A stretch of 64,000 bases of DNA from Eledone cirrhosa (Eukaryota). The notes below the pieces were generated by a model. It was given only the letters and a program-made list of their open reading frames with translations, made no database searches and had not been told where the DNA came from. Made by a program: the position numbers and the translations under genes. The stretch spans positions 74,214,001-74,278,000 of the forward strand of contig OZ024743.1 in assembly GCA_964016885.1 (NCBI GenBank), read 5' to 3'. Positions 1 to 15,306 of the stretch are shown here, piece after piece. How positions within the stretch are numbered: position 1 is the first letter of the stretch; every line of letters begins with the position of its first letter.

Positions 1-3000
1 CACAACAACACTACCACTATACACACAATACTACCACTATACACAACAACACTACCACTATACACTACAACACTACCACTATACACAACAACACTACCAC
101 TATACACAACAATACTACCACTATACACAACAATACTACCACTATACACAACAATACTGCCACTATACACAACAATACTACCACTATACACAACAATACT
201 ACCACTATACACAACAACACTACCACTATACACAACAATACTACCACTATACACAACAACACTACCACTATACACAACAATACTACCACTATACACACAA
301 TACTACCACTATACACAACAACACTACCACTATACACACAATACTACCACTATACACACAATACTACCACTATACACAACAACACTACCACTATACACAA
401 CAATACTACCACTATACACAACAACACTACCACTATACACACAATACTACCACTATACACACAATACTACCACTATACACAACAACACTACCACTATACA
501 CAACAATACTACCACTATACACAACAATACTACCACTATACACAACAACACTACCACTATACACAACAACACTACCACTATACACAACAACACTACCACT
601 ATACACAACAACACTACCACTATACACAACAACACTACCACTATACACAACAACACTACCACTATACACAACAATACTACCACTATACACAACAATACTA
701 CCACTATACACAACAACACTACCACTATACACAACAACACTACCACTATACACAACAACACTACCACTATACACACAATACTACCACTATACACACAATA
801 CTACCACTATACACAACAACACTACCACTATACACAACAATACTACCACTATACACAACAACACTACCACTATACACACAATACTACCACTATACACAAC
901 AACACTACCACTATACACAACAACACTACCACTATACACAACAACACTACCACTATACACAACAATACTACCACTATACACAACAATACTACCACTATAC
1001 ACAACAATACTGCCACTATACACAACAATACTACCACTATACATAACAATACTACCACTATACACAAAAATACTACCACTATACACAACAACACTACCAC
1101 TATACACAACAACACTACCACTATAAACAACACTACCACTATACACAACAACACTACCACAATACACAACAACACTACCACTATACACAACAACACTACC
1201 ACTATACACAACAACACTACCACTATACACAACAACACTACCACTATACACAACAACACTACCACTATACACAACAACACTACCACTATACACAACAACA
1301 CTACCACTATACACAACAACACTACCACTATACACAACAATACTACCACTATACACAACAATACTACCACTATACACAACAACACTACCACTATACACAA
1401 CAACACTACCACTATACACAACAACACTACCACTATACACACAATACTACCACTATACACACAATACTACCACTATACACAACAACACTACCACTATACA
1501 CAACAATACTACCACTATACACAACAACACTACCACTATACACACAATACTACCACTATACACAACAACACTACCACTATACACTACAACACTACCACTA
1601 TACACAACAACACTACCACTATACACAACAATACTACCACTATACACAACAATACTACCACTATACACAACAATACTGCCACTATACACAACAATACTAC
1701 CACTATACACAACAATACTACCACTATACACAACAACACTACCACTATACACAACAATACTACCACTATACACAACAACACTACCACTATACACACAATA
1801 CTACCACTATACACAACAACACTACCACTATACACTACAACACTACCACTATACACAACAACACTACCACTATACACAACAATACTACCACTATACACAA
1901 CAATACTACCACTATACACAACAACACTACCACTATACACAACAACACTACCACTATACACAACAACACTACCACTATACACACAATACTACCACTATAC
2001 ACACAATACTACCACTATACACAACAACACTACCACTATACACAACAATACTACCACTATACACAACAACACTACCACTATACACACAATACTACCACTA
2101 TACACAACAACACTACCACTATACACTACAACACTACCACTATACACAACAACACTACCACTATACACAACAATACTACCACTATACATAACAATACTAC
2201 CACTATACACAAAAATACTACCACTATACACAACAACACTACCACTATACACAACAACACTACCACTATAAACAACACTACCACTATACACAACAACACT
2301 ACCACAATACACAACAACACTACCACTATACACAACAACACTACCACTATAAACAATACTACCACTATACACAACAACACTACCACTATACACAACAACA
2401 CTACCACTATACACAACAACACTACCACTATAAACAACACTACCACTATACACAACAACACTACCACTATACACAACAACACTACCACTATACACAACAA
2501 CACTACCACTATACACAACAACACTACCACTATACACAACAATACTACCACTATACATAACAATACTACCACTATACACAACAATACTACCACTATACAC
2601 AACAACACTACCACTATACACAACAACACTTCCACTATACACAACAATAGTACCACTATACACAACAACACTACCACTATACACAACAACACTACCACTA
2701 TACACAACAATACTACCACTATACACAACAACACTACCACTATACACAACAATACTACCACTATACACACAATACTACCACTATACACAACAACACTACC
2801 ACTATACACACAATACTACCACTATACACAACAACACTACCACTATACACAACAACACTACCACTATACATAACAATACTACCACTATACACAACAATAC
2901 TACCACTATACACAACAACACTACCACTATACACACAATACTACCACTATACATAACAATACTACCACTATACACAACAATACGACCACTATACACAACA

Positions 3001-5249
3001 ATACTACCACTATACACAACAATACTACCACCATACAAAACAACACTACCACTATACACAACAACACTACCACTATACACACAATACTACCACTATACAT
3101 AACAATACTACCACTATACACAACAATACTACCACTATACACAACAACACTACCACTATACACAACAACACTACCACTATACACAACAATACTACCACTA
3201 TACACACAATACTACCACTATACATAACAATACTACCACTATACACACAATACTACCACTATACATAACAATACTACCACTATACACACAATACTACCAC
3301 TATACACAACAACACTACCACTATACACAACAACACTACCACTATACACAACAACACTACCACTATAAACAACACTACCACTATACACAACAACACTACC
3401 ACTATACACAGCAACACTACCACTATACACAACAATACTACCACTATACACACAATACTACCACTATACACAACAACACTACCACTATACACAACAACAC
3501 TACCACTATACACAACAACACTACCACTATAAACAACAACACTACCACTATACCCAACAACACTGCCACTATACACAACAATACTACCACAATACACACA
3601 ATACTACCACTATAAACAACACTACCACTATACACAACAATACTACCACTATACACAACAATACTACCACTATACACAACAACACTACCACTATACACAA
3701 CAATACTACCACTATACACAACAACACTACCACTATACACAACAATACTACCACTATACACACAATACTACCACTATAAACAACACTACCACTATACACA
3801 CAATACTACCACTATACACAACAACACTACCACTATACACAACAACACTACCACTATACACACAATACTACCACTATACACAACAATACTACCACTATAC
3901 ACACAATACTACCACTATACACAACAACACTACCACTATACGCAACAACACTACCACTATACACAACAACACTACCACTATAAACAATACTACCACTATA
4001 CACAACAACACTACCACTATACACAACAATACTACCACTATACACAACAACACTACCACTATACACACAATACTACCACTATACACAACAATACTACCAC
4101 TATACACAACAACACTACCACTATACACACAATACTACCACTATACACAACAACACTACCACTATACACAACAACACTACCACTATACACACAATACTAC
4201 CACTATACACAACAATACTACCACTATACACACAATACTACCACTATACACAACAACACTACCACTATACACAACAACACTACCACTATATACAACAACA
4301 CTACCACTATACACAACAACACTACCACTATAAACAACACTACCACTATACACAACAACACTACCACTATACACAACAATACTACCACTATACACAACAA
4401 TACTACCACTATACACAACAACACTACCACTATACATAACAATACTACCACTATACACAACAATACTACCACTATACACAACAACACTACCACTATACAC
4501 AACAACACTACCACTATACACAACAATACTACCACTATACACAACAACACTACCACTATACACACAATACTACCACTATACACAACAATACTACCACTAT
4601 ACACAACAACACTACCACTATACACACAATACTACCACTATACACAACAACACTACCACTATACACAACAACACAACCACTATACACACAATACTACCAC
4701 TATACACAACAATACTACCACTATACACACAATACTACCACTATACACAACAACACTACCACTATACACAACAACACTACCACTATATACAACAACACTA
4801 CCACTATACACAACAACACTACCACTATAAACAACACTACCACTATACACAACAACACTACCACTATACACAACAACACTACCACTATACACAACAATAC
4901 TACCACTATACACAACAACACTACCACTATAAACAACAACACTACCACTATACACAACAACGCTACCACAATACACAACAATACTACCACTATACACAAC
5001 AATACTACCACTATACACAACAATACTACCACTATACACAACAACACTACCACTATACACAACAACACTACCACTATACACAACGATACTACCACTATAC
5101 ACAACAATACTACAACTATACACAACAAAATTACCACTATACACAACAATACTACCACTATACACAACAATACTACCACTATACACAACAATACTACCAC
5201 TATACACAACAACACTACCACGATACACAACAACACTACCACTATACAA
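1..5249. repeat. Minisatellite, 21-bp unit ACTACCACTATACACAACAA(C/T) with 18/20-bp variants; runs off the window start
   Basis: Uninterrupted tandem repetition with almost no G on the + strand; explains all YSGSVVV/CIVVVLL ORFs. Confidence 0.98.
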
Positions 5250-5269
5250 AATCTTTAACTCTGTGTTGA

Positions 5270-5710
5270 GTTATGGGCCTAAAGTTGCTTAGTTCGTCCC
5301 CCTTGTTCTCGTCTTTCCTGATCAGCGTTACTACGCCCCTGCCTGCCGAACTGGGAATTCTCCCGTTCTGCTGTCAGTTTCAGTAGACGGCCTCGAGGAC
5401 GCCAGAAAACAAGTCCGCATGCCTATGTAAAACTCATAGGGTAGACCATCTAGACCGGGTGATTTGCGTTTCGCGCAGCAGCCCAGAGCGTCCCGTATCT
5501 CAGATGCTGTGATCGGTCCTTCGCAGAACTCGTCGTCCATGCTCGAGAGACGCGACAGGCAGTTGAGGAATGAACCGAAATCCATTGCCCCGTTCGACGC
5601 ACCCCCACTCTGCCCGAACTGTTGCGTTAAGTGCCGCTGAGAGGCCGCGCACATCCGCTCGGTGTTAAGTAGCACGCGTCCGTTTTGATCTTTCAAAGAC
5701 CGAATCGTGG
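5270..5710 (-). pseudogene. Tx1-like LINE ORF2 fragment (region just N-terminal to RT)
   Basis: TIRSLKDQNGR...KSPGLDGLPYEFY is nearly identical to the 32248-34647 ORF; frameshifted. Confidence 0.9.
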
Positions 5711-6128
5711 GATAGATAGATTGATAGATTTCTTTATTTGCCACAAGGGCGCACAAGAAAAGGGGACAATACAAAGACACATGCCGGGGATTTTACATAC
5801 AGTCGTGTAAAAAAAAATAAAACAAACAATAATAACAATCGAAATCCCCAATAGGGGGGCGACTCCACAAATGGGTTGTTTAATACCCCGTCGATAGAAC
5901 AATCCTCAACTTCAGGAGCGTGTTGTGCAAGTGCTCGCTTCTTCCTTTTGCTCTCCTCTTTAACCTAAAGGCTTATAAACAGAGAAGGCCCAATCACTCG
6001 GGACATTTTCGCTTCATTCAGTAAATTTACTGGGGTGCAGTGCCTCTCTCTCCACTCTGATTCTTCTTCTAAAGTGATACTTAAAGAAGTGAATCAATTG
6101 TTGTACGGAGAGAAAGGCATCTGTCCTC

Positions 6129-6181
<53 letters not shown>
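5711..6181 (-). mobile_element. 5'-truncated Tx1-like copy (ORF2 end + 3'UTR) with (TATC)n tail, 5' junction on (GATA)n 6128-6181
   Basis: Homologous to 31946-32360; GTGGCAAATAAAGAAA followed by TCTA repeats on the minus strand. Confidence 0.85.
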
Positions 6182-6894
6182 TATGTGTGTAATGTGTGTT
6201 TATAAGGCAATGCTCCTCAGCATATCACTTTTCTTCTCTCATATGTTACATCACGGTTTGAAACTCTACAGATGAGTGTCGAATCTTCCTTCTTGGTGTT
6301 TGTTTCCGTCATTATATTATATTTTACTAGAATAAGCAACAGACACAATCCCATTCAGTACGATACACTTTTCAGTATTTAGTTTTTGTATTTGGCATTA
6401 ATTTGTCACTTGTTAGAAATCAAATGTCAGTAACATATGTTATTTCACTCCAGATCTGCAATTCTATTGAGATCATACGATGGAAATGCAGTATATTTTC
6501 CTCTATAAAGATATGAATAAATGCTAAACAGGAGACATGTGTCAAATGTTTCTAGCAATGTATTTTTAATGTATAAATGACGAAATAGCCATTCAAATAT
6601 ATATTATTATAAAATGAATGTGCAGAAAAAAATTGCAGATTCGGGCTAAACGCCAAATAGGATTCTTTTGTCCCTATACACTGGTTTTCATATTCATGGG
6701 ATCGATATAAAATGTGCCAACCTTGTATTTGGCCAACTCAATCGACTTCTAGCAATCACATACACATTCACCACACTCTACTATGATGGAAATCAATATT
6801 AGACTTTAAAATCACATAATTAGTTTTCTGTATGGCATCTATTCCCACCCCACCAGATGTACCAAAATAGTTATTTTAGGGAGCACCCGTATCA

Positions 6895-7300
6895 TCATCA
6901 TCTTCTTCTTCTTCTTCTTCTTCTTCTTCTTCTTCTTCTTCTTCTTCTTCTTCTTCTTCTTCTTCTTCTTCTTCTTCTTCTTCTTCTTCTTCTTCTTCTT
7001 CTTCTTCTTCTTCTTCTTCGTCGACGTATTTCTGAGAGGGACATTGGGCAGAATCCTCAAAATCTCCTTCCAGCGGGTCCTGTCACCAGCAACTATCTCC
7101 GGCTAATCCGGCTGGATCCCCAAGCGAGACCAGCCCAGCTCATGGATGTCATCCAACCATCTTGCTCGGAGTCTACCCGTGTGTCTTCTGCCGGATAGTT
7201 TTGCCCGTAAAATATGTCCAGGGATTCTTTCTAACCAATGCCCATAGTATCGAAACTGTGATTTCTCAATTCGGAGAAGTAGCGGTTCTACCTGGAGCGA
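6895..7300 (-). mobile_element. RTE-clade LINE 3' end with (AAG)n tail
   Basis: Minus strand reads ...GRLRARWLDDIHELGWSRLGI...; homologous to 12990-13395, 38900-39418 and 49850-50130; (CTT)n 6900-7019. Confidence 0.8.
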
Positions 7301-7325
7301 CTATCTATATATATTTATAGGGAAA

Positions 7326-7358
<33 letters not shown>

Positions 7359-7408
7359 CATACATACATACATACATACATACATACATACATACATACA
7401 TACATACA

Positions 7409-7755
7409 TGTTACTAACTACCTCAGTACAAATCTTTAGAAGCGGGGCCATTAATGGGCAGTAAAAATATGTCAAAAATTACAGAAATTCAGTATGTAAT
7501 AACTGCATATATAGATGTTTAGATACAGAAACATATACACGTGTACTCATATAGCTCAAAACATCCACATCAACACATACAATAACACCCACACCGGCAC
7601 ACAAACACATACAAGCAAACACACACATATATACAGGCATACATTCGTATTTATCTAGTTAATGTTGTCTAAATTCCAGTGAAACAGTTTTGTTTCTATG
7701 TTAGAAACCGACTTTCTATTGGTAAAATTTATAAAATATTTTATAGAAAACTTAC
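7409..7755 (+). mobile_element. Short, diverged 3' end of R4/Dong-like RLE LINE between (CATA)n tracts
   Basis: Aligns by eye to 8850-9220 (ATTAATGG..CAGTAAAAATATGT; CTATGTTAGAAACCGACT..CTATTGGTAAAA). Confidence 0.75.
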
Positions 7756-8281
7756 ATACATAGACATCCATCCATCCATATATACATACATACACATACA
7801 TACACATCCATCCATCCATACATACATACATACATACATACATACATACATACATACATACATACATACATACATGGTGGCTGCCAACTCGTTTTCGAGT
7901 ACGGCCGCTACTTTATATCCATGTAGGAGAACTCCTACCGATGCGCTGAACGAGTGTGTTTTTTAGACCAGCCAGCGACTTGAAAACTCTGGTACAAACA
8001 TTACACTTGCGACAATTATTGACACATAGTGCTGGGCCCATGGTACCATGTGACGACAATTGCAGAGAGATCTCCAGATATAAAGCAATGCCTGTGCCGT
8101 GAAGCTTTTATAGTGAGCAAAGGCACTGCACAAAGCCAGTCCCACTCTCTTAACCAAGATGATATTTACCAAAAAGATGAACAAGTCAACATCATTGGAT
8201 ACCATCAGAGTTGCATACATACATACATACATACATACATACATACATACATACATACATACATACATACATACATACATA

Positions 8282-9222
8282 CAACCGCTATATTGGCTCC
8301 CACTTTGAAGGATACGCTTTTGCAATCCAAGAACAGGAGATTAGCACGAAATACCTGATTCACAAAAGAGATAGGGATGCAGGCAAAACACCTAGATGTG
8401 ATAACAAGTGCAGACTCTGCAGAACTAACATCGAGGATATCACCCATGTCATCAGCAGCTGCCCAAAGATGTCATCGCGGTACTATCTACCTATGTAGTG
8501 GCCAAAACACTACAATGCAGTTCGTAAAAAAGATAGCCCTGATAATAAACACATTAAAAGCTACAACAATGTGGAAGACATCCATGTACATAATAGGAAA
8601 GAGTACCGGTGGAATGTTCCAGTAAAAACCCCAATAAAATGCAGGCATAACAGACCAGATATTATGAAATGGGACAGGGAGAAGAAAACATGCACAGTAG
8701 TGGAAATTAGCTGCCCAGCAGGTTCCAATATAATATCAAAGATTAGTGAAAAGGAGAATATTTATGCAGAACTGATGAGAAATCTGCAGATACTCCACCC
8801 TGATTACACCTTCAGATTTATGCCTGTGATTATTGGGGCACTGGGATATGTTAGTAACTGCCTCAATACAAATCTTGAGAAGCTAGGCTTCACAGGAACA
8901 GAAAGAACACAACTAGTTAGGAAATTACAAGTACAATCCATTAATGGAACAGTAAAAATATGTAAAACATTCCAAAAAATTGTGCATCTAATAACTGCAT
9001 ATACACATGTACAGATACAAAGCATATACACATGCACACATACAACTCAAAACGTACATATCCACACATACAATAACATCCATATCTACACATGCATGCA
9101 TGCAGACATACATATCTACCTAGTTGATGTTGTGTAAATTCCAATGAGAGAGTCTTGTGTCTATGTTAGAAACCGACTCTCTCTCTATTGGTAAAACTTT
9201 GTGAAATTATAAAACCAGAAGA
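8282..9222 (+). mobile_element. 5'-truncated R4/Dong-like non-LTR retrotransposon (CCHC finger + restriction-like endonuclease + 3'UTR)
   Basis: CRLCRTNIEDITHVISSC zinc finger, RPDIMKWDREKKTCTVVEISCP (PD..E motif), PVIIGALG; (CATA)n on both sides. Confidence 0.9.
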
Positions 9223-9240
9223 ACATACATACATACATAC

Positions 9241-10590
9241 AAAATACTGAACAACACCGGAAACTTCCACATCAACAGTGACATAGACCGCCTTTACTTG
9301 AAACGTAAGCAGGGAGGCAGAGGCCTAACATCAGTCCAGACAACATTTGAATGTCGCATCATATCTCTCCGACAACATCTACGAACATCGAAGCGTAGGA
9401 GCCCGCTTCTCGAGCAAGTCTATCTGCATGAAACAGATAAGATCATGAGAGTTGGGAAGGAACTCCTTGAGAGATATTCCCTGTGTGATAATCAAAAACT
9501 CACACCCAGGGATGTCGCTCAGCAGTATCGCAGTGAATCCATGGATGAAAAACTGCATGCCTATCAGCAAAAAATCATGCATGGATGTGTTGCCAGGAAG
9601 CCGCAGAGTGAGTGTAATTTAGATAAGGAAAGTAGTCTATCTTGGACCAACACCGCTATATTGGCTCCCACTTTGAAGGATACGCTTTTGCAATCCAAGA
9701 ACAGGAGATTTGCATGAAATACCTGATTCACAAAAGAGATAGGGATGCAGGCAAAACACCTAGATGTGATAACAAGTGCAGACTCTGCAGAACTAACATC
9801 GAGGATATCACCCATGTCATCAGCAGCTGTCCAAAGATGTCATCGCGGTACTATCTACCTATGTGGCATGATGTAGTGGTAAAAAAACTGTACAATGCAG
9901 TTCGTAAAAAAGATAGCCCCGATAATAAACACATTAAAAGCTGGAACAATGTGGAAGACATCCATGAAAGAGTACTGGTGGAATGTTCCAGTAAAAACCC
10001 CAATAAAATGCAGGCATCACAGACCAGATATTATGATATGGATATGGGACAGGGAGAAGAAAGCATGCACAGTAGTGGAAATTAGCTGCGCAGCAGATGC
10101 CAATATAATATCAAAGATTAGTGAAAAGGAGAATATTTATGCAGAACTGAAGAGAAATCTGCAGATACTCCACCCTGATTACACCTTCAGATTTATGCCT
10201 GTGATTATTGGGGCCCTGGAGTATGTTAGTAACTGCCTCAATACAAATCTTGAGAAGCTAGGCTTCACAGGAACAGAGAGAACACAACTAGTTAGGAAGT
10301 TACAAGTACAATCCATTAATGGAACAGTAAAAATATGTAAAACATTCCACAAATGTTGCATCTAATAACTGCATATACACATGTACAGATACAAAGCATA
10401 TACACATGCACACATACAACTCAAAACATACACATCCACACATACAATAACATCCATATCTACACATGCATACATACATATCTACCTAGTTGATTTTGTG
10501 TAAATTCCAATGAGAGAGTCTTGTGTCTATGTTAGAAATCGACTCTCTCTCTATTGGTAAAACTTTGTGAAATTATATAACCAGAAGAAC
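9241..10590 (+). mobile_element. Longer 5'-truncated copy of the same R4/Dong-like family
   Basis: SDIDRLYLKRKQGGRGL, CCHC finger, RHHRPDI..VVEISC; near-identical to 8282-9222; (CATA)n on both sides. Confidence 0.9.
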
Positions 10591-10693
10591 ATACATACAT
10601 ACACATCCATACATACATACATACATTCATACATACATACACATCTATCCATACACACATACATACATACATACATACATACATACACACACA

Positions 10694-10727
<34 letters not shown>

Positions 10728-10840
10728 CATACATACATACATACATACATACATGCATACATACATACATACATACATACATACATACATACATACATAC
10801 ATACATACATACATACATACATACATACATACATACATAC
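10591..10840. repeat. (CATA)n microsatellite (also 7330-7408, 7755-7873, 8213-8281, 9223-9240)
   Basis: Direct reading. Confidence 0.95.
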
Positions 10841-11430
10841 TCCTACTACCTCCCCATGAGACACGATGGGATAGCTAGAACCATCTGGAACGCACTTCGG
10901 AAAACAAAATTAACAACAAACGAGGAAGAATATATTGAGACAGATGGCACTAAGGAATACTGGTGGAACCTGAAAATAAAAACTGCCACCAAATTAAAGC
11001 ACAACCAGCCTGATATTGTTGTTTGGGACCACACATGGAAAACGTGTTCTGTTGTGGAGATCAGCTGCCCACTTGATGTAAACGTTGTCAGAAAAATACA
11101 GAAGGAGGACATCTACGGACCATTGATGGGGAGTTTACAAATCCAATATCCAAGATACACCTTTAGCTTCATACCCATCATTATTGGAGCTACGGGTTAT
11201 ATACCAACCCGCTTGGACCAACGTATGACTGAACTTGGATTTGCGGACAAAAAGCGCAGCTCCCTAATTCATAGTCTACAAATGGCTGCGATAGCTGGCA
11301 CCTTCAAAATTTGCAAAACATTCTTGCGATTCAAGGGATGACAATTTCTTTTCTTTTACAACCTTGCCACCAGGAAGGTGGCCGGTCAAAAATAATATAC
11401 GCGAAATTAAGAGAAAGAGATAACATACAT
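10841..11430 (+). mobile_element. Divergent R4/Dong-like subfamily 3' end (RLE domain)
   Basis: RHDGIARTIW...HNQPDIVVWD...VVEISCP...PIIIGATG...KICKTF; starts at (CATA)n and ends in ACATACATA. Confidence 0.85.
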
Positions 11431-12447
11431 AGAAAAATTTAAGCTTTTTCCGAGAGAAATCTTAAATACAATTCACATATTTATGGGGAGAAGCGGACAT
11501 TTGTATTCTCGGTCTATAGAATATAACGCGATTCGTATTTTCCAAGGAAAACTGCAAATGCGTAATCTACAGTAAAACAATATTATGCAAACGAAGAATA
11601 TTCTCAAATCAAATTAATTTCCCATTAATATTGATTTTGTCATTTAAGATCCTTCAATGTATACAGTGTAAGCTTTGGTCATTTGGTCAAAGATATTTAA
11701 ATGTAAGTGCTGCAAAATCAGCTAATGTATACTGACAGAGTCTGAACACTATTGATAATGATATCATATTTGACACATTCAATAAAGATCTTCGGAAACA
11801 ATACTTAAAGAAAGGGAAATATCGCGACTGAATTGCCTTAATAGCAGCCAAAATTGGCCAATGTCATTGACATTTTAAAACCAGATAATTCTTTAATGAA
11901 GAACAAGGATAGAAAGAATTGTAAAGGACTCATTTGATATCATTCACTTAATCAGGAATATATGAATACATTTTTGAATATGATTAACTTTTCTAACTGA
12001 AATATATAAAAATATGTAGCGTAACATTATTACATAACAGTAAATAGGTAGTGTTGATGATGGCGGTGTAATAATAGTATAACTGTTGTCTTTGAAACAA
12101 TTGCAAATCGGTTTTAAATCTTCCGTTGTTCTGAAAGGTTTAGTGAATACTAAGAATGAAAATGTTAAAGTTCTTTTGTAAGATTAATGAACTATAGTGC
12201 TCATCTGCTAGTATCGATATGGATCCGTGCTGATAACTAAATGGTAAAATTGATAAATATTTGCAATTCCAAATTAGAAAAGACATAATAGACGCCATTG
12301 CATGAAATGTACGCTTAAACATATAGATGTTTAGATGTGCCTTTCGATCGACCTTTACTTTCAATATGCACAATAGATAAACACACCCATGAAACATAAG
12401 CATACATATGCACAAACAGATTATATATGTCTGTCTGTATGAATGTA

Positions 12448-12540
<93 letters not shown>

Positions 12541-12559
12541 GAATGTATGTATGTATATG

Positions 12560-12592
<33 letters not shown>

Positions 12593-12599
12593 ATGTTTT

Positions 12600-12637
<38 letters not shown>

Positions 12638-12989
12638 AGCACCATGTGGTGCTGGAATAAATATCCTTTGAATAAATTACCTTAGATCTCTATTTATCTT
12701 AAGGCCTTGCAATGCATCTGTGAATTAATTAATTTGCGTTGTCAACGATTTCAATGTTATGCAAATTAAGACCAAACAATTCAATTCTATCTGAGTCTGA
12801 TTATACTAAAATAGCTATAGAATATAATACCCTCCTGATCTCTGATAACGCAATAAAAACGGTGAGCCTAGTCAGTCAGATCTCTTCTCTGCAAAATGGG
12901 AACGGGATCTGGTTTAACTGCCGTATCGATGTTTTGCGAGGCTATAAAGATAAATACAGATTACATCTGTATCTCAACTCCATTTACTG

Positions 12990-13395
12990 CTTTGTTCCCT
13001 TCCTGCTCCTTCTCCTTTTTCTTCGCCCACATATATTTCTGAGAGGGTTTTAGCGGGCAGAGTCCTCAAACACTCCTTCTAGCGGAACCTCTCAGAAGCA
13101 ACCGTCTCCTACTGATCCGACTGGATCCCCACGCGAGACCAGCCAAGCTCATGAATGTTATCCAACCATCTTGCTCGAGTCTACCCCTGGTTGTTTTTAC
13201 ACGTAAAATCTGTCCAGTGATCCTTTGCTGAGACATTCTAACCACATGTCCATAGTATCAGAGCTGTGACCTCTGAATTCGGAGAAGTAGCGGCTCTACC
13301 TGGAGTGAATCTATGATCTCCGAGTTGCGCACCTTATCCAGAAACGTTAATCCAAAGACCCTTCGGAGGAATCCCATTTCGGACGCTTGTATTAT
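12990..13395 (-). mobile_element. RTE-clade LINE 3' fragment
   Basis: Homologous to 7020-7300 (GGATCCCC..GCGAGACCAGCC, TTCGGAGAAGTAGCGG). Confidence 0.75.
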
Positions 13396-14129
13396 TTCCG
13401 TTAGTGTTTTAATTTATTAATATCCGTCGCCAAGTGGCCACATTTTTTCTATTCCAGTTTGTGTATACAATTGAAAACCATTTCATGTTTACAAACTTTC
13501 AGTTTCACAGTTTGATTGATTACATAGCAATGTCTACGTTGATATATTTTTGTTTAATCAAAAACAATATATCAGACAATATATAAGATAAATTGGTAGG
13601 TTTCAGGCATTTCCTAGTAGTATGGTAGTACTATTGGAGTATAACATAGCTAGTTGACTTGACTTAGGGTATTACTTAAACACACTTTATGGACAGAGAA
13701 TCAATCAAAATCTAAATTGATCGTAGTTGGATTCTTTTCGCAAAATTTTTACTTAACTTTCTAGTTTGTAAAAGATGTCTGGTTGATTTTGGCACACAAT
13801 AAATCTTTTAAATATTTAGTTAGTCGTAAAATATCATGTAATGAAAAATGTCATAAAATCTCAATGAATGATTAGAATATATAAATCTATATTTTGGGCA
13901 GTGTTTAATTCGAGGAGGGTAAGAAATAACTCCTATTTTATAAGTTAGTTGTATATAAGATAGTTGTATTAAGATAGTTGTATATAAGATAGTTGTATAT
14001 AAGATAAGAAACCTAAAGTTTTATTCCATAAGCAATAGACTGAGCCTTTCACTGACTTGACTAGATACTAAAACACATAGACAAATATTTCAGTAGTTGT
14101 AATGTAAATCCGAAGGACTCTGAAAAATG

Positions 14130-14608
14130 TACTCCCGAGTGACAAATAATAGAAGGAGGAATAAACGGGGGTAGGTGGAATAAGCGAGGGAGTTGGAAAT
14201 AGCGGGTGGGGGGATTGGAAAATCAGGAATGTTTCTAGGTTGTCTCCAGTGATATTTTAAAAACCAGAATTAGTCGTTCAGTTTACATATTGAGACTCCA
14301 ACTCATCCTATTTATTTTATAACGTATGGGATTTCTTGTAACGTACTTTTTTTGTCATGTATAACGTTTGTTTGTTTGTTTGTTTTTTTGTTATGTATAA
14401 TGTTTTTTTGTTTATGTACAAAGAAAATTTATTGTTGCAGGAATGCTATCACTTAAAATAAAATTTCGCTGGAGATAGATTAGCAAAATTTAATAAAGTG
14501 TGTGTGGGGGGATACGAGCGGGAAGGTTGAAAAGAGTGCTGGGGTGGAGGAAAAATCTAAAGAATTAATAAGCGGGGAGGGGTGGCGATCATTTGAGTCC
14601 CGAGAGTA
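14130..14608. mobile_element. Old non-autonomous DNA transposon (MITE, Tc1/mariner/pogo-like)
   Basis: Imperfect terminal inverted repeats TACTCCCGAGTGACAAATAAT / ATCATTTGAGTCCCGAGAGTA with TA ends; internal AATAAGCGGGG-type subrepeats. Confidence 0.6.
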
Positions 14609-14751
14609 AATAAAAAGTTTTAAATGTTTGGCGACGCAGAATCACTTAAGCAACTATTAGAATCATTGGAAACTAATTATAATCTGCGTCGGAAAAGGTG
14701 AGTTAATAAATGTGATACACGTTAATTAAGGTATAGTATTAATTGTAGAAT

Positions 14752-15030
14752 ATGGAGGCGTGTGGTCTGGGAGTAAGGATGTTGGAATTACGATCGTAAA
14801 GTCGTGGGTTCGATTCCTGGGCTGGGTTGTGTGTTGTGTATTCTGTTCTTGAGCAAAACACTGCATTTCACGCTGTTCCAGTATATTCAGCTGAAGGTGA
14901 ATCCCAACAATAGCTGGAGTGGGGGAAATAACCCTGCAATGGACTGATGTCTTGTACATTTAGTCGCTTCAAGCCAGGAAACCGGGATAAACACTGGCCT
15001 GACGTGTCTCCTGGTTTGAGGCAAACTTTA
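14752..15030 (+). mobile_element. tRNA-derived SINE with CORE-like central domain
   Basis: A-box-like GTGGTCTGGGAGT, B-box GGTTCGATTCC, then TTGAGCAAAACACT..TTTCAC..CCAG..CAGCTG. Confidence 0.75.
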
Positions 15031-15306
15031 TATTAATTGAATAAGTTCACTATAATAACAGCAAGGTTATTTACTTGGCAGAAAGGCAATATCTAAGGTT
15101 TCTGGCGATGGAGAAGAAATGAGAAGTGAGTTGGATAATTGTATATCAGGTTCATTAAATAACATTAAACGATGGGCGAGGATGACAAAAAGACAATGGA
15201 GACATCATAGAAAACGAATAAGCAACAAACGGAGAGGAAAGAAGGGAAACAAATAATTTCTTAAGTTTCTATACATATGCTCTAACGTACAACAACAGCT
15301 CACACG

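Noticed and set aside
65-5249. Long ORFs (YSGSVVV / CIVVVLL repeats)
   Set aside because: Stop-free frames of a 21-bp minisatellite; no unique coding context
11600-12000. Coding-like, vaguely ankyrin-like peptide (ALIAAKIGQC)
   Set aside because: Many stops; similarity too short to support
14752-14830. tRNA genes
   Set aside because: A/B boxes belong to SINE heads that continue into SINE bodies; no convincing cloverleaf
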